Positions 37,472-51,600 of a stretch of DNA of 64,000 bases are shown piece by piece. The DNA lies in assembly GCA_051294905.1 (NCBI GenBank), contig CM119371.1, forward strand, positions 5,954,001 to 6,018,000, written 5' to 3'. Numbering within the stretch: position 1 is the stretch's first letter; every line of letters begins with the position of its first letter. Both the position numbers and the translations under genes were made by a program. The stretch comes from Botryllus schlosseri. Its lineage: Eukaryota. The notes below the pieces were generated by a model. The model saw only the letters and a program-made list of their open reading frames with translations. It was not told the DNA's origin and did not search any database.

Positions 37472-40390
37472 GGGGAGACCGGGGACAAATGTAACTAGGG
37501 GCAAATGTAACAATCGACCTCACCGCTAGTAGGATGGAGAAATATCCTTGGTATTTTGACTGCGCATGCGCTAGTTGTTTCTCCTAACATACCTGGAGTC
37601 ACGTTGAGCTGCAGCATGAAACCTCGGAATTATTTGGAAAAAACGAAATTTTCAACACGTGAGTAAAGATTTTCTGATCTAGAATAATTTGTTCTGAAGA
37701 ATAATACCTCAAGTGATTGCAACTTACTATAGGCCGCTGGAACAATGTTACCATAGTCCACCGTGATGATAGGAAAACTAGGATTGGCATCGCCAGGAAA
37801 GTACCGTACGGAGACAGTAATCATGGTCGAACGTGTCAGGGGCAGTTGTAACTCTCTGTTACTTTTGCCCCGTTACAATTTTTATTTTTAGTGCTAAATA
37901 TATTTATTTATATGCTAGTATAATACCCATTTATCTACTACAGATTGTTCTTGCAATAGCTGGACGTTCAATACCAGCATAGATACTGCCTTTGATATAC
38001 CAATTATAACCGTTAACGACCATCCACAGGAGTGATGATGTGAATCTTCTGGTTCAGTTATTTCTCTATGAGTTTCTTCCATCCTTTCTCATGTTGATTG
38101 AGTTTTGGTGTGTCGAATTCAATACTGATTTTACAAATAATCCATGTCTGAACTACGGAATCCCGATCTTCTGAAGTTGGGCGGTTCTCACTTAGCCTAC
38201 ACTTTCTCATTTTCCGTGAACATTTTTTCTAATTTTCTCCAGAATAAAGAATGGTTCGTGAAAGAAAAAGAACTACAGAGCGTGGAAAGGAGCTTCATAA
38301 CTTGACCGAAGCCATTCATCAAGTACTAGACTGTGGGAAGCCTTTAAGATTCGTGGCTCGGAATTTCGGGATTTGTCATGTCACATTGTATCGACACTGT
38401 AAGAAATCTACCAAAGATCAACGGAATAGACCAGCACCAACATGGGGTTACAGCCCACATAACCGTGTATTCAATGAAACCCACGAGAAGATATTGGTTG
38501 AGTATCTTATACAAGCTGCTGACCTATACTATGGTTTGACGCCACGAGAAGTCAGAAAGCTTGCTTTCAACTGTGCTGTAAAGCATCAGCTTAACTTCCC
38601 TTCTAAGTGGAACGATAATCAAATGGCTGGATGTGATTGGTTTAGTAGTTTCTTGAAACGCCATCCTTCCCTGTCAATCAGGAAACCCCAGGCCACTAGT
38701 GTAGCTCGCGCGACTGCATTCAACCGCACTACCGTCAATGAATTCTTCAATAACTTGAAGGATGTGATGTGCCGTTATAAGTTTCCTCCTCAAAATATAT
38801 ACAACGTTGACGAAACAGGCGTGACAACAGTGCAGAGGCTCGATCGGATTGTGGCACAAAAAGGAAAGAAACAGATTGGATCAATGACATCACAAGAAAG
38901 AGGAACGTTGGTTACATGTGCCGTAGCAATCAATGCAACAGGTAACAGTGTTCCCCCCTTTTCGTTTTTCCCAGGAAAAAATTTCATCAACACTTTATAA
39001 GAGATGGGCCGATCGGTTGCACTGGAACGGCCAATGAGTCCGGATGGATGCAGGAAGAAGACTTTGTTGTCTTCTTGAAGCACTTTTCCGATCATGCCAA
39101 GCCTACAAAAGAGCGGCCAGTTCTTCTATTACTAGATAATCATGAGTCACACCTATCCATCAATGCCCTGGAATTTTGTAAGGCGTCACATATTGTCATG
39201 CTCACTTTCCCTCCCCATACATCACACAAGCTGCAGCCTTTGGATAGAGGAGTTTTTGGTCCATTTAAGAAAGCTATCAATTCGGCATGTGATAGCTGGA
39301 TGATGGGGAATCCTGGCACTACTATGACAATCTACCATGTCCCTGGAATTGTTAGCAAAGCGCTGCCATTGGCTTTGAAGCCACAAAATGTTGTGTCCTC
39401 GTTCTCCTGCACCGGCATTGTCCCATTTAACGAAGATATTTTCAGTGAGGTCGATTTCGCACCTTCTCGGGTGACCGACAGACCCAATCCGTTATGCACG
39501 ATAAGCAACGGGACCTCCGGGGAAGGAGCCGAACATGATCAGGGAGATGTGGGAGCAGCTATGGTTCCCGATACGGAGACGATTTGTCAAAATATCCCAT
39601 CGCCGGCTGTTTTGCAGAATGCACCAGAGGCATATTTTAATTTGGAACCTTCCACAAGTCTCGGAAATGATGAAATATTTTCCCCAGTTAAAGTCCGGCC
39701 ATTTCCAAAAGCAGCACCTCGGAAAGTTACAAATAGAAAAAGGCGTAAATCAGCCATAGTTACTGACACACCAGTGAAAAACCAAATCATTGAAGCTAGG
39801 CGGAAAACGATGGCGAACAGATTTCAAAAAAAACTTTTCCCAAAGAAGAAAGGATCTTCGCAATCATCCCAAACATCAGAAACAGACGAATCTAACATAT
39901 GTCTGATTTGTGATGAGCATTTCAGCAACAGTCGCCCAGGAGAGAAATGGATCAAATGTGTCTCTTGTACACTTTGGGCGCATGAGGAATGCACGACGGG
40001 AGACGCAGTATTTAACTGCCAAAACTGCGAGGAGGCATAGCCTGGAAGCTTTCCAATATTTCTTTTGTCAGTCTTTTTTGCAATGTTAACATTTATGTTC
40101 ACATTTCCGTTTTCAATTTCGTTCGTTCTAAGTTATATTGAAAACTGTTACAATTGCCCCACATCGGTGGTACAATTGCCCCGGGGTACGGGGCGATTGT
40201 AACGTTTGAGCGACGATTTTCGCGATCAAAAATTTCCATGATGTATTGTTGATTGATTTTCTTTGTTGTTCTTGTATGAACTATTGAGTTCATAGTTTCT
40301 TTGTGTAAAACTTTGGAAAAAAAATTTTCATGAAAAATACACCAAATGTCCAAAAATACGAAAAGTGTTACAATTGTCCCCGGTCTCCCC
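37472..40390 (+). mobile_element. pogo-superfamily (Fot1-like, DD35D) DNA transposon, full length 2919 bp
   Basis: 24-bp TIRs GGGGAGACCGGGGACAA(A/T)TGTAAC with one mismatch; TA duplication at 37470-71 and 40391-92; subterminal GGGCAANTGTAAC repeats at both ends. Confidence 0.96.
38251..40040 (+). pseudogene. pogo transposase (HTH-psq + CENP-B HTH + DDE_1 + PHD finger) split by one frameshift
   Basis: ORFs 38251-39000 and 39048-40040 join through a 1-nt shift near 38960 to give VPPFFVFPRKKF…ANESGWMQ. Catalytic motifs NVDETG, LLLLDNH and QPLD, with 35 residues between D2 and D3. C-terminal C4HC3 motif CLIC…WIKCVSC…AHEEC…CQNC. Confidence 0.92.
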
Positions 40391-40507
40391 TACAACACGC
40401 ATTGTAACTTCATGAAAACTGGTTATATCTGGGACAAAGGACATATACCTTGATGTTGGCTGATGAAGCTAACGAGTGTGACCCACAGATTAGCGGAGGA
40501 AATAGAC

Positions 40508-40580
40508 CAGTGGTTCTCAACCTTTTTGGCTTCGCGGACCCCTTTTGACTGTCACGGACCCTCGCGGACCCCCTCAGGTT
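40508..40580 (+). mobile_element. Left end of a hAT (Charlie/Buster-like) non-autonomous element
   Basis: CAGTGGTTCTCAACCTTTTTGG…CGCGGACCCC x2; a similar end occurs at 63662 (CAGTGGTTCCTAACCTTTTTGG). Matching right end not located. Confidence 0.55.
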
Positions 40581-41094
40581 TTAGTTCAATTTTAGCTCTA
40601 TCATGGTGCAACCTTCATCTGCCTTGTACAAATATGAACTGTAGGCTTGTGATAAACAGCAAAATTATGATTTTTCTTGAAAATTACATCATACTATTTA
40701 TGTAGAAATTAGTAGACCTTTATTATTCCAAAGCTAATTTTGCTGCTGTATTTCTTAAAGTACGTGGTCGTGTCTTGAAAATCCGCGTCTTCGTTTTGAT
40801 ATGAACGAGGAGTGCCGAAAACCATTTCCGCAAAGATAGATGGATGCTAATCCAAGATTAACGCATAACGCTTCCGACAATACTTTTGGTGTGATCGCAA
40901 CATTTAGGGCACCAAAATGAAGAAACATATATTTTATGAACATATCACGTCCAGCATCTAGCGCAGGGACAGGCCACATACGGACCGCGGGCCGAATTCG
41001 TTGTGCATCATTCTTTCACACAATCAATAATTATAGTAAGCTTTTTTCTACATAGCAATCCCACTTGTGTCAAAATTTGTGTGAAGCGTTTTTT

Positions 41095-41362
41095 AGGTAA
41101 CCTAGCAATTTTATCAAGTAGCCAGTACAATTTTTAAAAAAGTCATTTTTGAAACCCCTGGGTCTTGCGATCAGCGTTCACGTTTGAGTCATTTGATTTC
41201 TTTATTAGATGAAGGGAAGACATCAACTGCTGATGGCTGCGGAGGTGAACCTCCATCCTGTAGCACCACTAGTCAAGTCTAGTCAAGGTGCCTGTGTTAT
41301 GTAGAAGTGTGCGAGATTGACTGTTTCTTGAATTGTAGTGACTACTTGATAGAATTGTTAGG
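41095..41362. mobile_element. ~275-bp MITE whose right TIR is split by the Polinton-like insertion (TIR completes at 54987-54993); a second partial copy lies at ~55265-55420
   Basis: ttaggtaacctagcaattttatcaagtagccagtacaatt (41093-41132) is the imperfect inverse of aattgtagtgactacttgatagaattgttagg (41331-41362) + ttacctaa (54987-54994). 55265-55420 repeats 41093-41252 directly. Confidence 0.75.
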
Positions 41363-41380
41363 AGTAGTTATATAGATCGC

Positions 41381-41800
41381 TGGTGACCTGGCAGGGGCTC
41401 TTATGGGCGGGGTGGTGACCTGCCTGAAAACCCGGGGTGATGACCCCACCCTTTTAGACCCCCTATGTGGTGGTGACCTGCCATTGTTTCTTATGGGCGC
41501 GGTGATGACCCCACCCTTTCAGGTATAGGCTGCGGTGATGATATACCTTGAAAACTCGTGTTGGTGACCCCACCCTTTCGGTATAGGCTGCGGTGATGAC
41601 CTGCCGTCTGGTATTCGAGGGAATCCTAACGTTTACGGTGAATACGACTTCGATATATCGTTATTCTTATGGACGCGGCGATGATTCGTACTTTCGGGTA
41701 TAGACCGCGGCGGTATGTTAACTTAGCTGATATAGCCATGATAACGTTACAGGTATAGGCTGTGGTGGTGATTCGCCATGTGTTCTTATGGGTGCGCTCG
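41381..41800. repeat. GC-rich subterminal motif cluster (mirrored at ~54543-54962)
   Basis: Recurring GGTG(A/G)TGACC, CCCACCCTTT, TCTTATGGGCG and GTATAGGCTGCGGTG modules. Confidence 0.8.
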
Positions 41801-44800
41801 CACGTCGTACTTTCAAGTATAGGTATCTCTCGCATGTCGTATACCGCCAGTGTCGGTAACTTGAATAGCGACAAATTGTCACTTATTTCCGCTCTAACCC
41901 TAATCCTTTGTGAAGTGAACGCTTATTCAAAAGGGTGTGATATAATATTAAAATCCAACGACCACTCACCGGATAATGCTTCAGACATATAGCAATCCCT
42001 CATACCCGCTCACAAGGTAATATTTCGGTAATAAGTTTGTCACAGTGCCGTCGCAGACGGTGATTCGAAAACCAACAATTTGTCACTCGCCCGCGATCGC
42101 TATATGTTTCACGCCTCCAGAATAGTGGCTGACTTTAGTTGCGTGATAAGATCCATGAAAATATTCAATCAATGTGTTAGTTTATCAACTTGAAATGAAA
42201 CTCACTACACAAATCAAGTCGATTCGTATCTGAATGTTTTAAATCGGTACAACTCTAATCCTTTGACAAATCCCTTAACGCGCTTTTGTTGAATCGAACG
42301 TAACCCGAATATTACTGACGCCGACTTTCAGCCGCATCGAATTATTCGCACATTCCGCGCCACTGTTTTCACACTTATAGAATCAATACCAACTATAACT
42401 CTACAAGAACCAAGAATCACAAGTATGTGCATTACACAGTTATTGTCTTTATTAACTTGAAATCAAACACTTAACAAAAACACGCAACTAATCATTTGGC
42501 AACTCTAACATTACCAAAAAATTCCAGTATTGTTGATTGAAAATCCTTGATTCATTATTATCAAAAATGTTATAGTACCGCATCGGAATCCATTCGCGGG
42601 ATGTACTGAAGGTAAATCCAGATAATCCAAAATGAAATATTTGGACTTTGACATAGTCTGAATTGAAATATATTGACAAACATGACTACCAACTTTGATC
42701 CAGTCACATTTCAAGATCATACTTTGAAACAATCCTTGAAACTTACAACTCTATTCACGACTGAGTTTTCCGTTTACCAAATAGAGTTTCAGTAAATACT
42801 ATCGCGATATTTTAATGTGTTACTACACACAATAGAATCAATCAATGAAATAGCACCTGTTGTAAATATTTCTAACTTGACAACCACTTGTGCATACCGC
42901 GATCGAGTTGCGACACGATGAGTTAAATCGGAATATTTCAATCTATTTGTCGAAACCTTGAACAAGCTATCTGGTTATTTTTTCGTTGCAATTGAGTTAA
43001 CGGAAATAGTATTACGTCTCGACATCTTACCATCTTACCATACTCCAAAGAGCCAACAAGGAAAAACCTTGTCAAGTAAATCGTTTGTAACTCACCCAAT
43101 CAACTCAAACAGTATCAGTATGAAAACATTCAAGCATACACGAGTAATCGCTACAATCTAAAATCCATAGCATGTTCGGTTTTAGGCATATACCGTCAAC
43201 TCGTCTTTTTTGTTCAACTGTAAAAGTCGTTACTATTCTGCGAGACAAAGAAATTACTCTGCGGTATATTTTGTAAGATAAAAGTAATTACTTCTCGGTG
43301 CCGGTGACTTGAGATTAACATAATATGTTTGAGTATGCGAGATTTGAAAGTCTGCCCAACATGTTGAGAATTCATTTCTTACAATCGAACACAGGTGTTA
43401 TATTGAAAATTATCATGATGTAAACATAAGGATTGACACATTGATTTGACATATGTAATAGTTGATCATGACTTGATTATTAAATTATTCGCGTTAATTA
43501 GACCCGGCGTTGTGGTAAAGATCATTGTGACAGCAACAAACTTTTCAGTACCATTGTTATTAACATATTGAGTTGTAAACTATGTGTGTCTAAAATGTTC
43601 TTGATAGGAAAATTACTCCACCTTTGTACAAACCACGCAGCGTATTGTAGATATCAGGAAATATTTTACAAATGTAATTGTCTCCACTAACCAAGACTAA
43701 AGATGAAACAACAATTTCCTTTGTTGAACAATAACCGGTACAACACTTTATCATCGTAATCAGCAGTGAGAATTGAAACACTTTCGTACATTATCCGGTG
43801 TCAAGATATCACGCTAGGTGAATTGACATACCGCCGCTTGATTAATACTTATTCCATTCGCACCATTTCACATACTTTGATCATTACAAAAGTAAATTGG
43901 GATATGTTTGCTAGATGCATTCAATTCAGTTAGAAATATCTGGTACACAACAATCGTAATATCAAGGAAGTACTTGCTACGCTGTAATTCACTTAACGTG
44001 TTTTGCATTGTTGTTCATTTGTAGTATTGATTGTTTTTGAACCCCCAAATAATAATTCCCGACATGAAACCAAACCACTGAAAGTCGTTACCATCACAAC
44101 GAAACAATTTGTACGATGTTTGCCAAATGTATCCTATAGTTAGGTGTACTAAAATTATTTGTCTAACACATACACCGATAATGCAGCCGAAAATTTTTCC
44201 GTTATCATTCGCTAAAGTAGATGTAATCATAGTCACTAAAAGACGGTACTTGCATGCGATTGAATCCCTAGCAACTCACTAAACCGAACTCCAAATAAAT
44301 TTTACTCACTCGACGGATATGAAACAGCGTCGCTTAATCGATCTATATCGTTTTTCTAAATGCAAATCATATACACCCAGCAGAAAACAATTTTCACTCG
44401 CTTGGTAATGAAACCGAAGTCTCCATTTGATATTTTATTTTTGGTCAAATACTTTGCAATGAACACATTTGAGTGGTTGAGCTTTACATCATCAAGCTGT
44501 AATCTGTAAATCAAGCTTACATCCGATTTGTAACTGTATCGTTTAACTACCGGGTTGCATCAGTTTGCCATTTTTGTCATTTAGCGACTGCTGAACATAC
44601 CAAACGATACACATTCACTTACGAAATACTGTGTTGATCGTAATTTCCATCATCGTGATAATCGAAGTACATTTGTTTCGAGTTCAAAACAACCGACTAC
44701 TTCTCTATGACATGACGAATTTTTGAAAAGTTATGCTTAGAAGATTGGTGCATCTCGCGAAAAATAATATACCACTCATATTGATACTGTTACTCCATTG

Positions 44801-46334
44801 ACCGGTATTTTCAAACGAGTCGATTTTCAACCGAGCAAAATTTATTACTTGAGTTGTCCCGCTTACTATATTTAAGTGTAAACTCACCCGTCTTTCAAAA
44901 CCACAACAAACAATGATAAAAAGTACACAAGCGAACACAACAAGTTTTACTTTTGTAGGACATTAATTATTATTCCACGCATCTCATTTCATACTAAGTG
45001 TATATGAAAGATATTCATGGTACACGAAAATATTCGATATTCCATGCTACGAACATACGCAATGATTGGTGACGCTTTCACACTATTTCGATTTAGTGTA
45101 TCATAAACAACAACAACAATTTTCACTCTCTTGACTTATGAAAACAACAGACGAACCTTCATTCAATATTTGGTTTTTGTCAACTAGTTACTTTTTCATG
45201 AGACCCCCACAACTCTTACAAAAGTACGAAGGATATTTACATCACACAAAGTAATCAACTTTACTCGATATTCTCACATTACGAAACTAAAGAAAAGTTG
45301 GTTTGACTCTACAAACTGTTTTGTTACCTCAAGACCTTTATTGTCTGAATGGTTGTTCATGTGTCTTAAGAACCAAATAGTTCAACACAGCACTAGTACC
45401 AACAGCAACATCAGAGTTGTTTACACAAAAGTTTGTATGTGCGCAGTATGTGAATACCGCGTGTAAGTCCAACACAATTGCAGTATCCAGCCGAGATTAG
45501 TTAACACCAATTTATTACAACGGAACCACGTAAACTTTCGTGAATGTAAGGCATACTCACCTCTCGAGATTATGTCAATGTCATAGCAATAAACCAGCTA
45601 CTCCAACAACAGAGTACATATGTTTTCTAGTTACGGTGCTTACATCTTACACACAAATCGACCTACTTTGCTAACGAAAAGCGCTGAGTCATCACATGGT
45701 TATCCTCACAACAATACAACTAAAACATACTATCATACAAATTGGTCGTTATAGTTTGCCCACCAACGATACATCGTACAAGTAGCAAGTCTCGAGAATC
45801 CAGTTATTCAAAAAACGTGAAAGTGTTTCTACACCAAGTCGGTATGTTGACGAAAGCATATATTGTAATATCATGATCGATTTACATTCGTTGGTCACAA
45901 AATGTCACTACTCTAAATAATTATTTTTCACTCAAAGCCTACTTGTCACCATTCGTTTCATCAAGCACGAGTTCAAGAAACCTGCTACGACATGAATTGT
46001 TATTTTTATGTTGTGTAAATAGGTAATAATTAATTTTAGTAACACTATATCAACATCATCGAGTTGTGCGAATAGATTTACATGTGGTCTTGTGGTTTTA
46101 ATCGAAGTATACAGCACGGTCTAATGTAGAGTCATCTCTACTGTACAGCAACTCGGTAATCGAAATGCATTCAAATTTAAACAACGATCTTGTTTCGTCG
46201 CACCAAAAATATGTTTACTATCGCGATACTCTGCACAAGCCGTGCAAATCCTTTTCACACTCGTAATAGTATACAAACAGCTACCGGCGACAACGTTTAA
46301 CAATACCAACGACACTAAACATACGATACCTACC

Positions 46335-46950
46335 CAAGTAAAATTACCATTTTCACCTGGAGGTCGGTCGTTACCCGAGTAGAAATACCATTGTCCTTTG
46401 GAGATTTATCGTTTACCCAGTGTAACAAACCCCTTTTCCTTTATAAATCTATTTTTTCTCTGTGTAACAAACCTTTTTCACTTGGAAATATATTTTTCTC
46501 TGGTTAACAAACCTTTTTCACTTGGAAATATATTTTTTCTCTGGTTAACAAACCTTTTTCACTTGGAAATATATTTTTTTTTTCTGGGTAACAAACCTTT
46601 TTCACTTGGAAATATATTTTTTCTCTGGGTAACAAACCTTTTTCACTTGGAAATATATTTTTTCCCCGCGTAACAAACCTTTTTCCCTGAGCAACAAACC
46701 ATTTTCACTTGGTGGTCCATCGTTTACCCGAGTAAAAATATCATTTTCTTTTGGAGATCCGGCGTTTATCCAGTGTAACAATTCATTTTCACTTGAAAAA
46801 ATACTTTTACCTAGAGTAACTAATCATTTTCTCCTGGGTAACAAACCCTTTTCGTTTGGAAACTATCATTTACCTGAGTACCAATACAGTTTTCACTTGG
46901 AAATCTACCTTCTCCCTGGGTAACAATATCATTTTCGTTTTGAAAACCGA
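46335..46950. repeat. ~40-bp minisatellite inside the element arm (mirrored at ~49393-50008)
   Basis: Core unit AACAAACCTTTTTCACTTGGAAATATATTTTTTCTCTGG(G/T)T; near-perfect at ~46465-46680 and degenerate outward. Confidence 0.9.
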
Positions 46951-48340
46951 CAACCACACCGGACAATTTGATATTTTTGTATATTGTTACAACGGGCAGT
47001 GACAAAATATACACCAACAACGACTCCGATACATTTGTCTAATCAAATATTCACTTGCTCTGATGCATCCCATCAAAATCATTGGTTACTCACGTACAAT
47101 AACAATGTGCTATTGTACATCGACATGTATGTTTTCGGAATTGGTGAATAAAGGGGTTTCCGATATGTCCGTGATGTCCGGGTTTGTGCTTTGGATTTTC
47201 CAGAGTCAAAATGTCTGAATAAAACACCTCCTCGACTTTGGTAACTGGTTGATACACGGATAATGGTGTTCGGAAAACGGATGAATTTATGTTCCCCATC
47301 GCGCTGACAACATCGGGTTACTTGTGAGTTTCCTCGGGTCTGTTTACTATATTGTGTCTTTACTGGTCAATACATGTCGCTCCAGTCAGCTGAAACCGGA
47401 TCACCAATATGAGAAAGTGTGGGGGCCGGATCCGGATATTCACTCATGACCCAACGACCGATATTCAAGTAAACATGTTACAGACCGTGTTTTGTCTCCA
47501 TGAAAAATGCCAATGCATACACCATCACATCAAGTTCGTCACGATTGTTCACAAGTATTCGCGTAAACCAGGTGTATATACAATGTGTCGGTGTACAAAC
47601 ATCACGGAAAACAAATTCATGTTCTCAAGTCTCATCATGCGACGACTCTGTACATTCAATGTGGGCATAGATGACTTGGGGACAAGCAAGCAGCCATATT
47701 TGGACGTAACATGGTCTTAGTTTGAACCGACCGCCACCCAACTTGTGAAAAATCAATCTCACACGAGTACAACCCTTTCACGGATTCACACCTTGATTTT
47801 GCAAGATTGTTCGGATTCTCAGGTAGACTTGTATGGCGATACAGACTTCGACATAATCGAGTTGCGTAACTCGCTCAATCCCTCCACGTATTGTTCGTCC
47901 TAACCTGCGAACTTTTTTGCTGCGACCGCAGTGTTTCACCTGGTATAATGTATTTGGCGATCACCATCGTTATCAATCTTTCACGCGATGAATATGTCAG
48001 ATGTCGCTACTCCCACATAACGACTGCAGATAAACATCGTGAGCAGTGACTCCAGATTGAAATCGTAAACAGGGACTCTGTGTGTGTGAATCTCGAGTTC
48101 GATTACGATTAGATAATGTAATCCAAAGTGTGTCTCTGCAAGTTGGAGGCTTATTTCGTCTTAAAGGTTTATTTCGTGTTAATCACACCGCAAGAGGGTG
48201 CTGTCTCGTAATTCTACATGTCGTTATAAAACGCGGATGGAAACTTTTGGTCTAGTTGATCCAGCTACGTATTGAAACGGTTCACCCACGCAGACCACTG
48301 AGAAAACGTTGTCGTTACCTGACTATATGCACGAGTAAAT

Positions 48341-48619
48341 ATGGGACTACGCGTAACTGTCCATCGGTTTCTTTGGCCTCACACCGTGGTTTTACGACAC
48401 AGACAAGATGCAGCGGTGGAAATATTGAAAATGAAAAACGATACCTTGGTGACATTTGATATGGATTTTACACCTGATGAACCATACACTCGATTGGTAC
48501 ATTGGGATGACAACTCTATCGTCGAGGTCGAGGGAAAAGAAATGTACAGATTTGTTGGTGTTGTGGATATTCAGCGAAAATCAGGGTATATGGTTGTAAT
48601 GGTTCGCATATTTGACTGA
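48341..48619 (+). CDS. Intact 92-aa ORF of unknown function in the unique spacer
   Basis: ATG start, protein-like composition (…DTLVTFDMDFTPDEPYTRLVHWDDNSIVEVEGKEMYRFVGVVDIQ…), flanked by same-strand stop-interrupted frames. Confidence 0.45.
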   Translation: MGLRVTVHRFLWPHTVVLRHRQDAAVEILKMKNDTLVTFDMDFTPDEPYTRLVHWDDNSIVEVEGKEMYRFVGVVDIQRKSGYMVVMVRIFD

Positions 48620-48658
48620 GAATATATCGGTACGCATAATGCACTGTCCATTGTATCA

Positions 48659-51600
48659 TGTCCCCAAGTCATCTATGCCCACATTGAATGTACAGAGTCG
48701 TCGCATGATGAGACTTGAGAACATGAATTTGTTTTCCGTGATGTTTGTACACCGACACATTGTATGTACACCTGGTTTACGCGAATACTTGTGAACAATC
48801 GTGACGAACTTGATGTGATGGTGTATGCATTGGCATTTTTCATGGAGACAAAACACGGTCTGTAACATGTTTACTTGAATATCGGTCGTTGGGTCATGAG
48901 TGAATATCCGGATCCGGCCCCCACACTTTCTCATATTGGTGATCCGGTTTCAGCTGACTGGAGCGACATGTATTGACCAGTAAAGACACAATATAGTAAA
49001 CAGACCCGAGGAAACTCACAAGTAACCCGATGTTGTCAGCGCGATGGGGAACATAAATTCATCCGTTTTCCGAACACCATTATCCGTGTATCAACCAGTT
49101 ACCAAAGTCGAGGAGGTGTTTTATTCAGACATTTTGACTCTGGAAAATCCAAAGCACAAACCCGGACATCACGGACATATCGGAAACCCCTTTATTCACC
49201 AATTCCGAAAACATACATGTCGATGTACAATAGCACATTGTTATTGTACGTGAGTAACCAATGATTTTGATGGGATGCATCAGAGCAAGTGAATATTTGA
49301 TTAGACAAATGTATCGGAGTCGTTGTTGGTGTATATTTTGTCACTGCCCGTTGTAACAATATACAAAAATATCAAATTGTCCGGTGTGGTTGTCGGTTTT
49401 CAAAACGAAAATGATATTGTTACCCAGGGAGAAGGTAGATTTCCAAGTGAAAACTGTATTGGTACTCAGGTAAATGATAGTTTCCAAACGAAAAGGGTTT
49501 GTTACCCAGGAGAAAATGATTAGTTACTCTAGGTAAAAGTATTTTTTCAAGTGAAAATGAATTGTTACACTGGATAAACGCCGGATCTCCAAAAGAAAAT
49601 GATATTTTTACTCGGGTAAACGATGGACCACCAAGTGAAAATGGTTTGTTGCTCAGGGAAAAAGGTTTGTTACGCGGGGAAAAAATATATTTCCAAGTGA
49701 AAAAGGTTTGTTACCCAGAGAAAAAATATATTTCCAAGTGAAAAAGGTTTGTTACCCAGAAAAAAAAAATATATTTCCAAGTGAAAAAGGTTTGTTAACC
49801 AGAGAAAAAATATATTTCCAAGTGAAAAAGGTTTGTTAACCAGAGAAAAATATATTTCCAAGTGAAAAAGGTTTGTTACACAGAGAAAAAATAGATTTAT
49901 AAAGGAAAAGGGGTTTGTTACACTGGGTAAACGATAAATCTCCAAAGGACAATGGTATTTCTACTCGGGTAACGACCGACCTCCAGGTGAAAATGGTAAT
50001 TTTACTTGGGTAGGTATCGTATGTTTAGTGTCGTTGGTATTGTTAAACGTTGTCGCCGGTAGCTGTTTGTATACTATTACGAGTGTGAAAAGGATTTGCA
50101 CGGCTTGTGCAGAGTATCGCGATAGTAAACATATTTTTGGTGCGACGAAACAAGATCGTTGTTTAAATTTGAATGCATTTCGATTACCGAGTTGCTGTAC
50201 AGTAGAGATGACTCTACATTAGACCGTGCTGTATACTTCGATTAAAACCACAAGACCACATGTAAATCTATTCGCACAACTCGATGATGTTGATATAGTG
50301 TTACTAAAATTAATTATTACCTATTTACACAACATAAAAATAACAATTCATGTCGTAGCAGGTTTCTTGAACTCGTGCTTGATGAAACGAATGGTGACAA
50401 GTAGGCTTTGAGTGAAAAATAATTATTTAGAGTAGTGACATTTTGTGACCAACGAATGTAAATCGATCATGATATTACAATATATGCTTTCGTCAACATA
50501 CCGACTTGGTGTAGAAACACTTTCACGTTTTTTGAATAACTGGATTCTCGAGACTTGCTACTTGTACGATGTATCGTTGGTGGGCAAACTATAACGACCA
50601 ATTTGTATGATAGTATGTTTTAGTTGTATTGTTGTGAGGATAACCATGTGATGACTCAGCGCTTTTCGTTAGCAAAGTAGGTCGATTTGTGTGTAAGATG
50701 TAAGCACCGTAACTAGAAAACATATGTACTCTGTTGTTGGAGTAGCTGGTTTATTGCTATGACATTGACATAATCTCGAGAGGTGAGTATGCCTTACATT
50801 CACGAAAGTTTACGTGGTTCCGTTGTAATAAATTGGTGTTAACTAATCTCGGCTGGATACTGCAATTGTGTTGGACTTACACGCGGTATTCACATACTGC
50901 GCACATACAAACTTTTGTGTAAACAACTCTGATGTTGCTGTTGGTACTAGTGCTGTGTTGAACTATTTGGTTCTTAAGACACATGAACAACCATTCAGAC
51001 AATAAAGGTCTTGAGGTAACGAAACAGTTTGTAGAGTCAAACCAACTTTTCTTTAGTTTCGTAATGTGAGAATATCGAGTAAAGTTGATTACTTTGTGTG
51101 ATGTAAATATCCTTCGTACTTTTGTAAGAGTTGTGGGGGTCTCATGAAAAAGTAACTAGTTGACAAAAACCAAATATTGAATGAAGGTTCGTCTGTTGTT
51201 TTCATAAGTCAAGAGAGTGAAAATTGTTGTTGTTGTTTATGATACACTAAATCGAAATAGTGTGAAAGCGTCACCAATCATTGCGTATGTTCGTAGCATG
51301 GAATATCGAATATTTTCGTGTACCATGAATATCTTTCATATACACTTAGTATGAAATGAGATGCGTGGAATAATAATTAATGTCCTACAAAAGTAAAACT
51401 TGTTGTGTTCGCTTGTGTACTTTTTATCATTGTTTGTTGTGGTTTTGAAAGACGGGTGAGTTTACACTTAAATATAGTAAGCGGGACAACTCAAGTAATA
51501 AATTTTGCTCGGTTGAAAATCGACTCGTTTGAAAATACCGGTCAATGGAGTAACAGTATCAATATGAGTGGTATATTATTTTTCGCGAGATGCACCAATC

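Larger units (their letters stand above)
41363..47684. repeat. Left arm of giant inverted repeat (6322 bp)
   Basis: Position x pairs with 96343-x; the ORFs in the track are mirrored (e.g. 41626..41874- vs 54469..54717+; 47090..47299- vs 49044..49253+). Confidence 0.98.

Noticed and set aside
38953..38985. Programmed -1 frameshift in the pogo transposase (G_TTT_TTC, A_AAA_AAT heptamers)
   Set aside because: The conserved PxFxFP motif is restored only if the shift lies upstream in the C/T run, and pogo transposases are normally single ORFs; a simple indel is more likely.
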